Assembly: GCA_965223265.1 (NCBI GenBank)
Contig: OZ244999.1
Coordinates: forward strand, 4,032,001-4,096,000
Reading direction: 5' to 3'
Length of the DNA: 64,000 nt
From: Planctomycetota bacterium
Lineage (GTDB): Bacteria > Planctomycetota > UBA8108 > SXIK01
Made by a program: the position numbers and the translations under genes. Of the stretch, positions 17,656 to 28,058 are shown one piece after another. The notes below the pieces were generated by a model. It made no database searches, had not been told where the DNA came from, and worked only from the letters and a program-made list of their open reading frames with translations. Every line of letters starts with the position of its first letter. Positions within the stretch are counted from its first letter, which is position 1.

Positions 17656-18459
17656 TCACGAGAACGGCTGCGGCTGCCACGACCCGAACGCATCAAGATA
17701 CTTGGTCAGCGCTGGAACCTCAACAGCCTTGTCCGCCAACCACCCTCGCGTCTCAGCCACAAGAGACTGCTCGGCGTCGAGAGAGAGCTGCCCGCCCATC
17801 ACTCGAGTGCGTAGAAAAACGAAGTAAGTGTCGAGAACGTCGTGTAGGCAATAGTCGTTGATCTCGTGGATCTTGCCTGCCGCAAAAAGGGACTCGACTT
17901 GATCTCCTCGCGTGTCCATCTTTCCCGGCTTGCCGAGAATCTTGGCGAGAAGATTCAATCCACCCGTCACCCGATACGCACCGTATTCGGTCATCCATTC
18001 CATGAGATCGATGTGCTTCGACGTGAATCGGTAGCGGAACCCAAAGCGGTCGTCGTCAAAGTACGCAGGACACGAAACCCCATAGCGAAACGCAGCCAGC
18101 GATAGAAGTGGCAAATCGAAACCCCGTCCGTTGAAATCCACGAGGGCGGCGTCGCGGTAGACTTGGACGCCACGCCAGAACAGCTCGACCATTGAGACGG
18201 GGTCAAACTTGGGAGCGTCCAGACAAGTCAGGTCTTGGATGCGAAAGTCCTCTCCAACTCGGGCCAAAGCGATCGCCACCGGGACATGAAACGTCACCGG
18301 GATAAACGCGTCGGGATCCTCGCGTTCACTTCGATAGCGTTCGATAGCCCGCGCCGCGCTCATACGCTCCCCGGAGTATAGAACGCGCCGCATCAACTCG
18401 CCGTCCGCAACACTTTCAGTGTCGTAGACGATGTACTTCGTATCGCGAACAGTCGCCAT
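17656..18459 (-). CDS. PolB-like stand-alone 3'-5' exonuclease (DNA_pol_B_exo2/WlaX-like)
   Basis: ExoI YDTES, ExoII FNGRGFDLP, HIDL, GKPGK, ExoIII YCLHDV. Confidence 0.85.
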   Translation of the reverse strand: MATVRDTKYIVYDTESVADGELMRRVLYSGERMSAARAIERYRSEREDPDAFIPVTFHVPVAIALARVGEDFRIQDLTCLDAPKFDPVSMVELFWRGVQVYRDAALVDFNGRGFDLPLLSLAAFRYGVSCPAYFDDDRFGFRYRFTSKHIDLMEWMTEYGAYRVTGGLNLLAKILGKPGKMDTRGDQVESLFAAGKIHEINDYCLHDVLDTYFVFLRTRVMGGQLSLDAEQSLVAETRGWLADKAVEVPALTKYLDAFGSWQPQPFS

Positions 18460-18691
18460 GCTCCACCTACATGAGACAAAACGCTTCGCCGAGTGCGGTT
18501 GCGACCGCAGCACGCCCAACTCTCTCGTTATCGGTCGCCCCAAGATTAGCACCCCTTCGGGTCGACCTCAAGTCGCCGGGACGAGATCAGAGACGCAGAT
18601 AATCCGTCACGTTGGCCGCGAAAACAGCGCCATCCTATACATAAAAAAGGATCATCGGACGCCAGAGAACCGCTCGCCAAGGTCACAAAAA

Positions 18692-19567
18692 ATGCCCCAT
18701 CCTGTGCTCAAGAGCGAATCCGACGTCGACGGAAGCCTTTCCGACATCGTCGAGCGATACGAGGAAGCAAGAGAGATCGAGCCGGTCCCGTGGCTCGTCT
18801 CGCTTCGCCTCGATCAGCCGCGCAAGAACCTTTCGTGTTTGAGCCGTTCCCAGCAACTGGTCAAGCGCATCGTCGACATTTTCGGTGCTCTCGCGATCCT
18901 GATCTTGGCTTCGCCGATCATGATCTTGGCGGCAGTTCTAGTGAAATGTACCTCACGCGGGCCGGTCATTTTTCGCCAAACGCGAGTCGGCTTGAATCTT
19001 CGCACTCAACCAGCTGATCGCCGAAGCGACACGACGCGCTCTGAAGACGTCTCGGACGCGTCCGAAACCGCGGCTCAGTCGACTGACGAACGCCGCAGCG
19101 CCGACGGGGACCGGCGGCGAGTTCCAGCGCATGGTCGACAATTCACGCTCTATAAGTTCCGCACGATGTTCATCGACGCGGAAAAACACGGCGCTCAGCT
19201 CGCCACAGAACGTGACCCGAGAATTACAGCAGTAGGTCGGGTTTTACGCCGCACCCGAATCGATGAGCTCCCTCAGGTAATTAACGTCTTGCGCGGAGAA
19301 ATGTCGCTCGTCGGCCCCCGTCCCGAGCGTCCCGAGTTCATCGACACACTGTCGCTTACGATCCCGAACTATCTCAATCGCCTCGGGCTGCGCCCGGGAA
19401 TTTCCGGACTCGCGCAAATCATCAATGGCTACGACACGGACGAAGAGAGCGTGCGCCGCAAGGTCTGTCTGGACGTGCTCTACTTGCAGAATTGCTGTCT
19501 GTGGAACGATGTCATGATTCTGCTGCGTACGGTCTGGGTCGTCATCTCAGGCAAAGGCGCGCGATAG
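18692..19567 (+). CDS. small monotopic phosphoglycosyl transferase (bacterial sugar transferase, PglC/WcaJ-C-like)
   Basis: KRIVD, hydrophobic helix, RQTRVG, KFRTM, DPRIT..G..LR..RIDELPQ, GEMSLVGPRPE, RPGISGLAQ. Confidence 0.92.
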   Translation: MPHPVLKSESDVDGSLSDIVERYEEAREIEPVPWLVSLRLDQPRKNLSCLSRSQQLVKRIVDIFGALAILILASPIMILAAVLVKCTSRGPVIFRQTRVGLNLRTQPADRRSDTTRSEDVSDASETAAQSTDERRSADGDRRRVPAHGRQFTLYKFRTMFIDAEKHGAQLATERDPRITAVGRVLRRTRIDELPQVINVLRGEMSLVGPRPERPEFIDTLSLTIPNYLNRLGLRPGISGLAQIINGYDTDEESVRRKVCLDVLYLQNCCLWNDVMILLRTVWVVISGKGAR

Positions 19568-19605
19568 CAGCACCGTACGCCCCCCACCGGCTCGGACCAC
19601 GACGC

Positions 19606-22600
19606 TCAGGTCCTCCGCTGCACGCCCGTCGCGACAACCGAGCGCATGCCGGTGCTGAGATCGTCGAAGAGCGAGTAGAACAGTGGGACGACAAGAAGTG
19701 TCATCGGTGTCGAGGTGACCAAGCCGCCGATGAGCACGGTTGCAAGCGGCTTGTAGTCAATTCCTTCTCCTCGTTGCGGCAATAGAAGCATCGGCAGGAG
19801 CCCGGCGAGTGTTGTCAGAGCGGTCATCCAAATGGGACGGAACCTCTCGCGCACGCCGATCAAAATCGCCTCATGTCGCGAGACACCCTCCCACCGGGCG
19901 CGATTCACCCTGTCGATCAGCACGATGGCGTTGTTGACAACGAGACCGACCAAAATCAACAGACCGATCATCCCGACGATGTCGAGCGGCATCCCAATGA
20001 TCCACAAGAGAGCAAACGACCCGAAGACCGCGAAAGGAATGATGCAAAGAACCGAAAGAGGAAGAAGAAAAGATTCGAAGAGAACCCCCATGACGACGAA
20101 CACGAGACTGAAAGCGAGAAACAGAGCCGTACCGACGCTCTCCATATCGGAGTCGAAAGCGCGGGTATCGTTTTCAAGGCTGATCTCTGCGCTTTGGGGC
20201 ACGGCCGGAAAGTCGCGAAAATGCGCCGCGACGGCTTCGCGCGCCTGTTCGAGTGAGCCTTCGACTCCGACAGAGAAACCGATGGTCATCTTGCCATTGA
20301 CGCGATGGACTTCCCCGAGCCCAGGGGTGACGTGATACGCAGCTACGCTCGTCAAGCGGACAAAGCTTCCGTCGGGTCGAAAAACTCGAACCGCGTTTAG
20401 GTCCGTCAGGTCGTCCTTTACGCTCGCTCCATATCGAATCCAAAACGGGTACTCGCGGTCTGTGTCATGATAGTCCGGAATCGAGGCACCACGGAGCGCC
20501 CAAGAGACCATCCTCGCAACCGCGGCGGAATCGACACCGTGCTCCTGAGCCAATCGGCGTTTGGCTCGGACGACCACTTCACCACGCTCGTCCTCACGCC
20601 AGCGCGTGACATCACGGAGCTGAGGGAAGAGGCGGCGGTCGGAAAGATCGAGACGGACCCTCTCGGCGAGTCGCTCGACCTCACCGAGATCCGTGCCGTG
20701 CACGAACACCTGTACACGAGTCATCGATTTTCTGTCAGCGAAATCCTCAAAGCCGAATCGATACTGCACTCCTGCAATGCGTGGCAGCATTGGCTTGAGG
20801 CGTGCATAGAAGTCTTCTTCTTCGTGGCGCTCGTTGTGGCGCAGAAAGAGATTGAATGTTCCCCCGGTCGAACGAAACCAGCACGTGACGGCGCGCAGCT
20901 TGAGCTCCTCTTTGCGCTCGAGAATCGCCGACTCGATGGTTGCGATTGTCCGGTCCGCGTCAGCAAGCGACGAATTGCGCGGGAGATCCGCGTGAACCTC
21001 AAACCGACGAGGCCCTCCATCGTTCATTCCCTTTCTGGGTAGCTGGCGGTAGAGGAGTGCCGTTGACGCGACCAGACCCACAAGAACGAGCGTGGTTTCG
21101 ATGCGATGAGCCAAGACGTATCGAGCCAGCGTCACGAAGTACGCGTTGATGCGCGTGCCGATCACTCCGCGGGTGGTGCAAATCCCCAGCGCGCCAGAAC
21201 GGCGACTGGCAAGCAGGACTCCCTGGGGAATCAGCACGAGAGCCACAGCGAGGGAAGCGAGCACACTCACACACACCGGCTCCCCGATCTCAGCAGCTAT
21301 GATTCTAAAGTGCGGATTCTCGATGAAAAGGATTGGCACGAACACCATCACTGTCGTGAGTGTCGCGAGCGTGACCGCCAACGCCACCTCGCCGATCCCG
21401 CATGCTGCGGCGCGTCGCGGCTCCAGTCCTGACTCGGCTTTCCTGACGATGTTCTCAACGACGACGATCGAATTGTCGACAAGCATACCGATTCCTAGCG
21501 ACAATCCCATCAGGCTCATGAGGTTGAAGGAACCGTCGCAGAAGAATATCCAAATGACCGTAACCATGAGAGAGGTGGGAATGGCACCAGCGACGAGAAT
21601 CGTCATTCCAACGCGCCGAAAGAACACATAGAGGACGACGATCGCACAGAGACCACCCCAGAGACCACTTTGGCTGAGCGAGTTGATCGAGTACTCAATC
21701 AAGTCGCCTTGGTTCAGCCACGTGTGAAGAGAAACTTCATGCAGCGTCGGAACCGATTGCTGAAACTCTGACTGCAATCGCTGCAGCTCCGATTCAACAG
21801 CAGCGCAGACGTCCGAACTGTTCGCTCCCGCCTCCTTGTGGACGACCACGCTTCGGGAATGGAATCCGTTGGCACGAGCCAATCGGTCTTTGACTGAATG
21901 CGCGAAGCCGACGGAAGCCAGATCACGGATTCGGTAGCGTCGGTCGACTGGATAACCTTCGATCTCTTCGAAATCCATGAAACGTCCGTCAAGCCGCACG
22001 AATCGTTCCTGCTCTCCCACGCGCACCCGGCCCAGATCGAACGCTCTCTGATCCTTCCCAAGACGCTCGATCAAACCGTAGAGGTTCGTTCCGTGGGAGT
22101 CGACCTTGTCGGGGTCGATGCCGATCTCGACCTGCTTGTCGAGGAGACCCCAGACGTCAACCCGCGCGACTCCTTCGACGGCAGCAAGACGTTTCTTAAC
22201 CACGTTCTCAAAAAGGTAGTCGACGTCGACCTTCTCTTCGTCCACATCCATACTCAGAGCACAAATGTACACGGGCATGTCGCTGCCGCTGTGCCGCCAC
22301 AAGAAATACCGATCAACCCCTTCGATCCAGTCGGGTCGCGCCTTCTCAAGACGATCTCTGATTTCAGCGACCATCACGCCTGGGTCGCGCTGTGGCGAAA
22401 AAGCAATACGGATGCGGCACGAGGTCGCTGACGAAGTCGTGGTCACCTTCTTCATGCCGCTCAGCGTCCGAAGCCGATCCTCGCACGGCTTTGCGATACG
22501 CTCCATAACCTCCCGCGGTGTCGCATCCGGAACGGGTATGTAGACGAAGCAGCTCGCCGCGGTCAGCCCATTCGGGACAAGCTGCAGCGGAATGCGCGGG

Positions 22601-22719
22601 AGAGCGACGGAGCCGACAACGATCAGCGTAGCGAAGAGAACAAGCGCCCTCACGGGTCGCAGGAGTGTCCAACGAATCCAGAGCGGCTCCTGCCGGTTGC
22701 CTGAAGTCGCGGTGCTCAT
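19606..22719 (-). CDS. RND efflux permease (AcrB/AcrD/AcrF family)
   Basis: GMLVDNSIVV, GLVVNNAIV, RFRPIWMT; about 1040 aa with RND topology. Confidence 0.92.
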   Translation of the reverse strand: MSTATSGNRQEPLWIRWTLLRPVRALVLFATLIVVGSVALPRIPLQLVPNGLTAASCFVYIPVPDATPREVMERIAKPCEDRLRTLSGMKKVTTTSSATSCRIRIAFSPQRDPGVMVAEIRDRLEKARPDWIEGVDRYFLWRHSGSDMPVYICALSMDVDEEKVDVDYLFENVVKKRLAAVEGVARVDVWGLLDKQVEIGIDPDKVDSHGTNLYGLIERLGKDQRAFDLGRVRVGEQERFVRLDGRFMDFEEIEGYPVDRRYRIRDLASVGFAHSVKDRLARANGFHSRSVVVHKEAGANSSDVCAAVESELQRLQSEFQQSVPTLHEVSLHTWLNQGDLIEYSINSLSQSGLWGGLCAIVVLYVFFRRVGMTILVAGAIPTSLMVTVIWIFFCDGSFNLMSLMGLSLGIGMLVDNSIVVVENIVRKAESGLEPRRAAACGIGEVALAVTLATLTTVMVFVPILFIENPHFRIIAAEIGEPVCVSVLASLAVALVLIPQGVLLASRRSGALGICTTRGVIGTRINAYFVTLARYVLAHRIETTLVLVGLVASTALLYRQLPRKGMNDGGPRRFEVHADLPRNSSLADADRTIATIESAILERKEELKLRAVTCWFRSTGGTFNLFLRHNERHEEEDFYARLKPMLPRIAGVQYRFGFEDFADRKSMTRVQVFVHGTDLGEVERLAERVRLDLSDRRLFPQLRDVTRWREDERGEVVVRAKRRLAQEHGVDSAAVARMVSWALRGASIPDYHDTDREYPFWIRYGASVKDDLTDLNAVRVFRPDGSFVRLTSVAAYHVTPGLGEVHRVNGKMTIGFSVGVEGSLEQAREAVAAHFRDFPAVPQSAEISLENDTRAFDSDMESVGTALFLAFSLVFVVMGVLFESFLLPLSVLCIIPFAVFGSFALLWIIGMPLDIVGMIGLLILVGLVVNNAIVLIDRVNRARWEGVSRHEAILIGVRERFRPIWMTALTTLAGLLPMLLLPQRGEGIDYKPLATVLIGGLVTSTPMTLLVVPLFYSLFDDLSTGMRSVVATGVQRRT

Positions 22720-25700
22720 GCTGCTCCCTCGACGATTTCACTCTCCGAGGAACGAGAGGCTCGTGCCAGCAGCGAGTAGACGACGGGGATCACCACGAGC
22801 GTCAGAAGCGTCGATCCGATCAACCCAGCCATCACGGTGACTGCCAGCGGCAGGCGGATTTCACCGCCGGCGTTACGCCCAAGAAAGTCTGCAAGGATCG
22901 GCCAGTTATTGAAAATTCCGGTCAGCGGCAAGAGGCCCAGCATCGTGGTCAGCGTCGTCATCAAGATCGGCCGCGCACGCAAGAGCGCCCCCTCAACGAT
23001 TGCTTCGGTGGGATCGTGCCCGGCACGGACAGATCGATGAATTCGGTCGACCAAAACAATCGCGTTGTTCACGACGATTCCCGAAAGCACGATCAATCCG
23101 ATCATGGTCACAATGTTGAGCGTCAATCCCAGAAACGACAGGACGGGACTGACGCTCAACATGCCGAGCGGAACCGTACAAATGATCACCAGCGGTAACA
23201 TCAGAGACTCGAATTGAACCGCCAGCACGACGTATACAAGGAAGACGGCGAGCACGAGCGCGCGAAAAAGTGCAGCCCTGGACGCCTCCATCTCCTCCTT
23301 TTGACCGCTGAAGCCAACACCGAAGCCAGGCTCTCGTTCGATGCCGCGCACCGCTTCCGCAATTTGCTCCACCGCGGCACCGAGGTTGATTCCTCGCAAG
23401 TTCGCGCTGATGATGCCGGCTCGCTGCTGATCGACACGACGGATTTCCGACGGCCCCTCTCGCAACGTAATCTCGGCGATGTCGGCGAGACGGTACGGCC
23501 TCGATGCATCCGCATGCACGATGAGCTCTTCGAGCTGCTCTACGGTTTGCCGGTCGTCTTCCCGCAGACGAACGCGCATGCCGATCTTACGGTCGCCCGA
23601 GGAAAAGAACGTTGGCACCTCGCCTTCGAGTTTTCGTCGTAGACGCTGCCCAACCTCCGCGACGGTCAGACCGTGCCGGCTCATGAGGTCGCGGTCAAGC
23701 TTCAAGTGCACCTCGGGATAGCCGCTGGCGAGGTGCGTCCGAACGTCCTTCAGCTGACGAATGCCCCGCAGGCGCTCTTCGATCACCGTCGTCAATCGCC
23801 TCAACTCGCTAAGGTCGTACCCTCGCACCTCGACTTCGATCGGCGTTCGGAACGAAAACAGTACCGGCGGCTCGAAGCGCACCGACGAGAGGTGAGACTC
23901 CGATGACAAAAGGCGCCGCAGAGCGGCCTTGACTTCGTCTTCAGCAACTTCAGCGTTTGGTCCCGCCTTGAGACGCACTGCGAAGCGCGCCGTGTGCGGC
24001 CCTTCGTCTCCAGACTGAACATCCTCTCTCTCAACGCCGATCGTCGCGGTCAACGTCTCGATTCTGCCGAGAGCCTCAAATCCATCGCCGCCAGAGGCTT
24101 CCAGAGCGGCGCCCGGTCGATCCACCCCATCTGCACGATCGATCCCGCGGGGCGCTGCCGTCGCTCCGCCCGCAGCCCCTACGGCGGCGCCAGCATGCTT
24201 CAGACGCAGTGACTCGATTCTCCTTTCAAGGGGCATGAGGATTTCTGACGCACGCTCGATGCGCGTCCCGATGGGCAGTCGCAGTTCGACGCTGAATTCG
24301 CCCTGATGCACCTCCGGAATCAACTCCGCCCCCAAGAGTCGAAAGAAATGCCAAGCCATGAGAACGCACACGAACACGACAGCGAGACAGTAACTGCGAT
24401 GCGCGAGGCAGGCGCGAAGGAGCTGCTCGTACCGTCTTCGGGCGACGTGTGAAACGTCTGCGAAGACGCGTCCGAGACCAACGCCGGCAAAGCGAAACGG
24501 CCAGCCAACAATCCTCACAGCCGCCATGACCAGCCGTGTGATGCCATAGAGCAAATAGACCCATAGAAGTCTCAGCAACTCGAAGACGATCGAGATCAAA
24601 GACACCGCGACAACGAATACGCTCCCGACGAACACAATCCAGACACTGAAGCAGCGAACGATCATGCCCTGGCGTCGCCAACACGCCTCGACCAGTGCGT
24701 CGATTCGATTCCGAAAGAGGATGACGAGCTCGCGGCGGAATCGGAAGAGTCTCCGCGTCTCGTCGTTAGCCTGGAGAATCCGTTCGCGGCCGACAACAGC
24801 AGGAATCAGAAAGAGGGCAACGATAAGCGACGCGAAGAGAGAAAAGACGACCGCCAACGCTTGATCTCGGAACACCTGGCCGGCCACTCCCTCCACGAAG
24901 ACGATCGGGAAGAAGACGGCGACCGTGGTCAACGTTGAAGCTGTCACCGCACTGGCCACCTCGCGCGCGCCTCGCACGGCAGCAGCGCCCACTCCATCGC
25001 CCTCTTCGCGGCAACGAAAGATACTCTCGAGTACCACAATCGAGTTGTCGACCAACATGCCGATGCCAAGCGCCAGGCCACCGAGCGACATCATGTTCAC
25101 CGACACGTCAAACAGGTAAAAACCGATGAACGTCGCAACCACTGACACCGGAATCGACAGACCGATGGCAACGGTGAACCACATCTTTCGCAGGAAAAGA
25201 AGGAGCACGCCAACTGCAAGAAAAGCGCCAACCACAGCGCTGCGGCGCAAGTCCTCCAGGGCATCAACGATGAAAACGGACTGGTCTGACATGACCACGA
25301 TCTCGACGTCGTCGGGCAACCGAGCGGCCAGAAAATTTGGATGCGCCCCGCGTCTGCTCGGATCCCCTCCAGACGACTCCGAAGCCTCCGACACGGACTC
25401 GCCTGGGTCGTCACGACTCCGAGCGCGCTCGGTCTTCCACCGCCGCTGCTGAGCAGCCGTGCCGTAGACGGCATTGCGCACCCGCATCGCCACATCCACA
25501 AGGTTCGCATCCGCCTCTTTGAATACGGCGATCTTAACGCACGGTCGACCGTTGATGCGTGTGATGACATCGGGTTCCTCGTATGACGATGTCACCGAGG
25601 CAACATCGAGCAAGCGCACAGGAACTGCTCCCTCACGCCTCAAGATGATGTCACGAATCTCGTCTATGCTCTCAAACTCGTTGACGGTGCGCACGACCAG

Positions 25701-26465
25701 CGAACGATCGGCGTTATAGAGCATACCGCTGGGTTGATTCAGGTTCTCCTGGGCCAAACGTTCGTTGATCAGTGCCATATCGACACCGAACTGCCGCAAG
25801 CGCCCCTCGTCGACGTCGATGCGAAACTCACGTTCAAGTCCGCCAAGCACTTGCACCGCAGCGACCTCGTCGGCTTTTTCCAGCTCGCGCTCGACATGAT
25901 CTTCGGCCAGCAATCGCAGATCGATCATCTCCTGGTCAAGTCCGTCGCCGGACTCAACACGACGCAGCAGTCCAAGCTGCAAGATCGGATCAAGCGTCGG
26001 GTCGTAGCGCAAAATCGTCGGCTTGACGACTTCGTCTGGGAGAACGACCTGCTCGAGGCGTTCTCGCACATCCATGACAGCTAAACTCATGTCGGTCTTC
26101 CACGCGAGCTCGAGAATCACGTCGGAGGCTTCCGCGCGCGAAATCGAGCTGATCTTACGCAGTCCGCGCACTTGAGCCAGCGCCTCCTCGAGACGTCGTG
26201 TCACACGCGTTTCGACCTCGAGGGGCGACGCACCCGGATATCTCGTGCGCACGGTGACGCTCGGGTAAGAGATGTCGGGCATCAAGTTGCGGGGCAGGCG
26301 TCGAAAGGAAAGTGCGCCGAAGAGAACGATCGCCATGACGATCATGATCACGGCAACCGGTCGACGCGTTGCAAGCGCAATGAGCCCGGGAGTGTTGCTG
26401 GCGGCGCCGTGTCGGCGAGGAGCAAATTCACCGGCAGCTGCGCCGTCTCGCGACCCGCGACTCAC
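22716..26465 (-). CDS. RND efflux permease with insertions
   Basis: RRPVAV, PGASPLEVE, GMLVDNSIVV, GIVVNNAIV, RARPILMTT; 1249 aa. Confidence 0.92.
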   Translation of the reverse strand: MSRGSRDGAAAGEFAPRRHGAASNTPGLIALATRRPVAVIMIVMAIVLFGALSFRRLPRNLMPDISYPSVTVRTRYPGASPLEVETRVTRRLEEALAQVRGLRKISSISRAEASDVILELAWKTDMSLAVMDVRERLEQVVLPDEVVKPTILRYDPTLDPILQLGLLRRVESGDGLDQEMIDLRLLAEDHVERELEKADEVAAVQVLGGLEREFRIDVDEGRLRQFGVDMALINERLAQENLNQPSGMLYNADRSLVVRTVNEFESIDEIRDIILRREGAVPVRLLDVASVTSSYEEPDVITRINGRPCVKIAVFKEADANLVDVAMRVRNAVYGTAAQQRRWKTERARSRDDPGESVSEASESSGGDPSRRGAHPNFLAARLPDDVEIVVMSDQSVFIVDALEDLRRSAVVGAFLAVGVLLLFLRKMWFTVAIGLSIPVSVVATFIGFYLFDVSVNMMSLGGLALGIGMLVDNSIVVLESIFRCREEGDGVGAAAVRGAREVASAVTASTLTTVAVFFPIVFVEGVAGQVFRDQALAVVFSLFASLIVALFLIPAVVGRERILQANDETRRLFRFRRELVILFRNRIDALVEACWRRQGMIVRCFSVWIVFVGSVFVVAVSLISIVFELLRLLWVYLLYGITRLVMAAVRIVGWPFRFAGVGLGRVFADVSHVARRRYEQLLRACLAHRSYCLAVVFVCVLMAWHFFRLLGAELIPEVHQGEFSVELRLPIGTRIERASEILMPLERRIESLRLKHAGAAVGAAGGATAAPRGIDRADGVDRPGAALEASGGDGFEALGRIETLTATIGVEREDVQSGDEGPHTARFAVRLKAGPNAEVAEDEVKAALRRLLSSESHLSSVRFEPPVLFSFRTPIEVEVRGYDLSELRRLTTVIEERLRGIRQLKDVRTHLASGYPEVHLKLDRDLMSRHGLTVAEVGQRLRRKLEGEVPTFFSSGDRKIGMRVRLREDDRQTVEQLEELIVHADASRPYRLADIAEITLREGPSEIRRVDQQRAGIISANLRGINLGAAVEQIAEAVRGIEREPGFGVGFSGQKEEMEASRAALFRALVLAVFLVYVVLAVQFESLMLPLVIICTVPLGMLSVSPVLSFLGLTLNIVTMIGLIVLSGIVVNNAIVLVDRIHRSVRAGHDPTEAIVEGALLRARPILMTTLTTMLGLLPLTGIFNNWPILADFLGRNAGGEIRLPLAVTVMAGLIGSTLLTLVVIPVVYSLLARASRSSESEIVEGAA

Positions 26466-27826
26466 GGCTCGATCTCGACGGCAGCCCCATCCTCCAGCCG
26501 GTCGTGGCCCACAAGCACAAGCCGCCCAGCTGAGGTCTCGCGCTTCACACCGTCCGAATCAAAGAGCGCGACAACTTCGACAACATCTCGTCGAGGAATC
26601 CCCTCTTGGAGGCGGTAGAGCCATGCCCTGCCTTCCCGCACGAGGAACACAGTCGGCTCCTGGCCGCGGTATGAAATCGCTTTCTTGGGGACGAGGACGA
26701 CGCCGCTACGCGTCTCCAGAACGATCTCGCCTGAGACGAACATTCCCGGCTTCAAAAAGTCGGAAGTGTCCTCGATGAAGACTAGCACTTCGATCGTCCC
26801 TCGATCCTTATCAACGACGGGGTTGACGAATTCGATCGTGCTCCGAAACTCACGCTCCGGGAACACCTCAGAGCGAAGGACAACGGGGAGCCTCGAGCGA
26901 ATCCTGCCGAGTTCGCGCTGCGGTACGTAGAGACGCGCCTGCAGCCGCGACGGTTCCACAACTGAGAAGACTTTCGTTGAGCTGGAGACGAGCTCTCCGG
27001 GCTTAACCCTTAAGTAACTCACGACTCCGTCGATCGGTGAGCGCAGAAAAGTTTGCGAAAGACGGTACTCGGCCTTGCGTAGAGCGACCCTTTGTAGCCG
27101 CTCGTTCTCGACTGCCTGCGCATGTTCCAAAGAGTACTTCTCACCTTGGAGCGCGGCGGTTTGCTCGTCGATCAGTGCCTGATCAAGATCGTACTTTTTG
27201 GCATCGAGCTCTTCCTCAGAGACCACACCTGAGTTCGCAGCAGCGAGCTTCTGGAATCTCTCGTATTCGGCCCTAGCCTTTGCCACCAGCAGCTGTCGTT
27301 GTTCGCGAATCTTCGCTCCCTCCTGCCTCGCCACAGTCGCCTGATCAACGCTGATCTCCGCCTGCCGTGCGAGAATGCGCTCGTTCTCGACGCTTAGCTT
27401 CAGCTCAGCGTCGATCATTTGAACGATCAGGTCGCCGGCGCGGACAGCGTCACCTTCGCGCTTTGAAACGTCGGCGACCACACCTGAGATCTCCGGGTAG
27501 ACATCGGCTTCAAAGCGCGCCTCGAGGTCGGCTGCAACGGGGAGTCGATCCTCGACATCTCCACGCTGAAATTCGCCCAGCCGCACAAGAATCGGTTGAG
27601 TACTGGTCGCCTGCGTCGTCGGCTCTGCCTCAGCACGCGGCTCACTATCTGGCCTACACCCTGCAGCGGCGGCGATGAGAATCGCATAGCCAACGCCCCC
27701 GAGAAGGCTCGCAGGAAGCATCAACGCACGGCAGCGCCACCGCCCAAGGCTCAGGGACGACTTGGTGGCCGGCTCAATCGTCGCTAGTGGCGTGCCATAC
27801 GCCGAGTCGAAGACGTTTCTTGTCAT
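26462..27826 (-). CDS. RND periplasmic adaptor (MFP), possibly lipoprotein
   Basis: ISGVV....REGDAV..G, RSPIDGVV, LKPGMF, VPKKAI; AAAG-C after a hydrophobic stretch; start uncertain. Confidence 0.9.
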   Translation of the reverse strand: MTRNVFDSAYGTPLATIEPATKSSLSLGRWRCRALMLPASLLGGVGYAILIAAAAGCRPDSEPRAEAEPTTQATSTQPILVRLGEFQRGDVEDRLPVAADLEARFEADVYPEISGVVADVSKREGDAVRAGDLIVQMIDAELKLSVENERILARQAEISVDQATVARQEGAKIREQRQLLVAKARAEYERFQKLAAANSGVVSEEELDAKKYDLDQALIDEQTAALQGEKYSLEHAQAVENERLQRVALRKAEYRLSQTFLRSPIDGVVSYLRVKPGELVSSSTKVFSVVEPSRLQARLYVPQRELGRIRSRLPVVLRSEVFPEREFRSTIEFVNPVVDKDRGTIEVLVFIEDTSDFLKPGMFVSGEIVLETRSGVVLVPKKAISYRGQEPTVFLVREGRAWLYRLQEGIPRRDVVEVVALFDSDGVKRETSAGRLVLVGHDRLEDGAAVEIEP

Positions 27827-28058
27827 CTTTCGTTTCTTGCAGACGCTCGGGTTCCAACACTGCGGGCGACGACGAGAACCTTTGCGTGTGCCGATCAGCG
27901 CGCTCGAGCGAGTTTGCGACCTCGTCGCAGTGTCCGCGAACGATTCTGCCGACTCGCACCATGCGCTGCGCCATACTCGCTCGCCACTTCTACAACACCA
28001 ATTCTTTGAAGTCGTGTTTTGCGCGACGATCTTTCGAGGAAACGGCGTCAGCTGTCAG

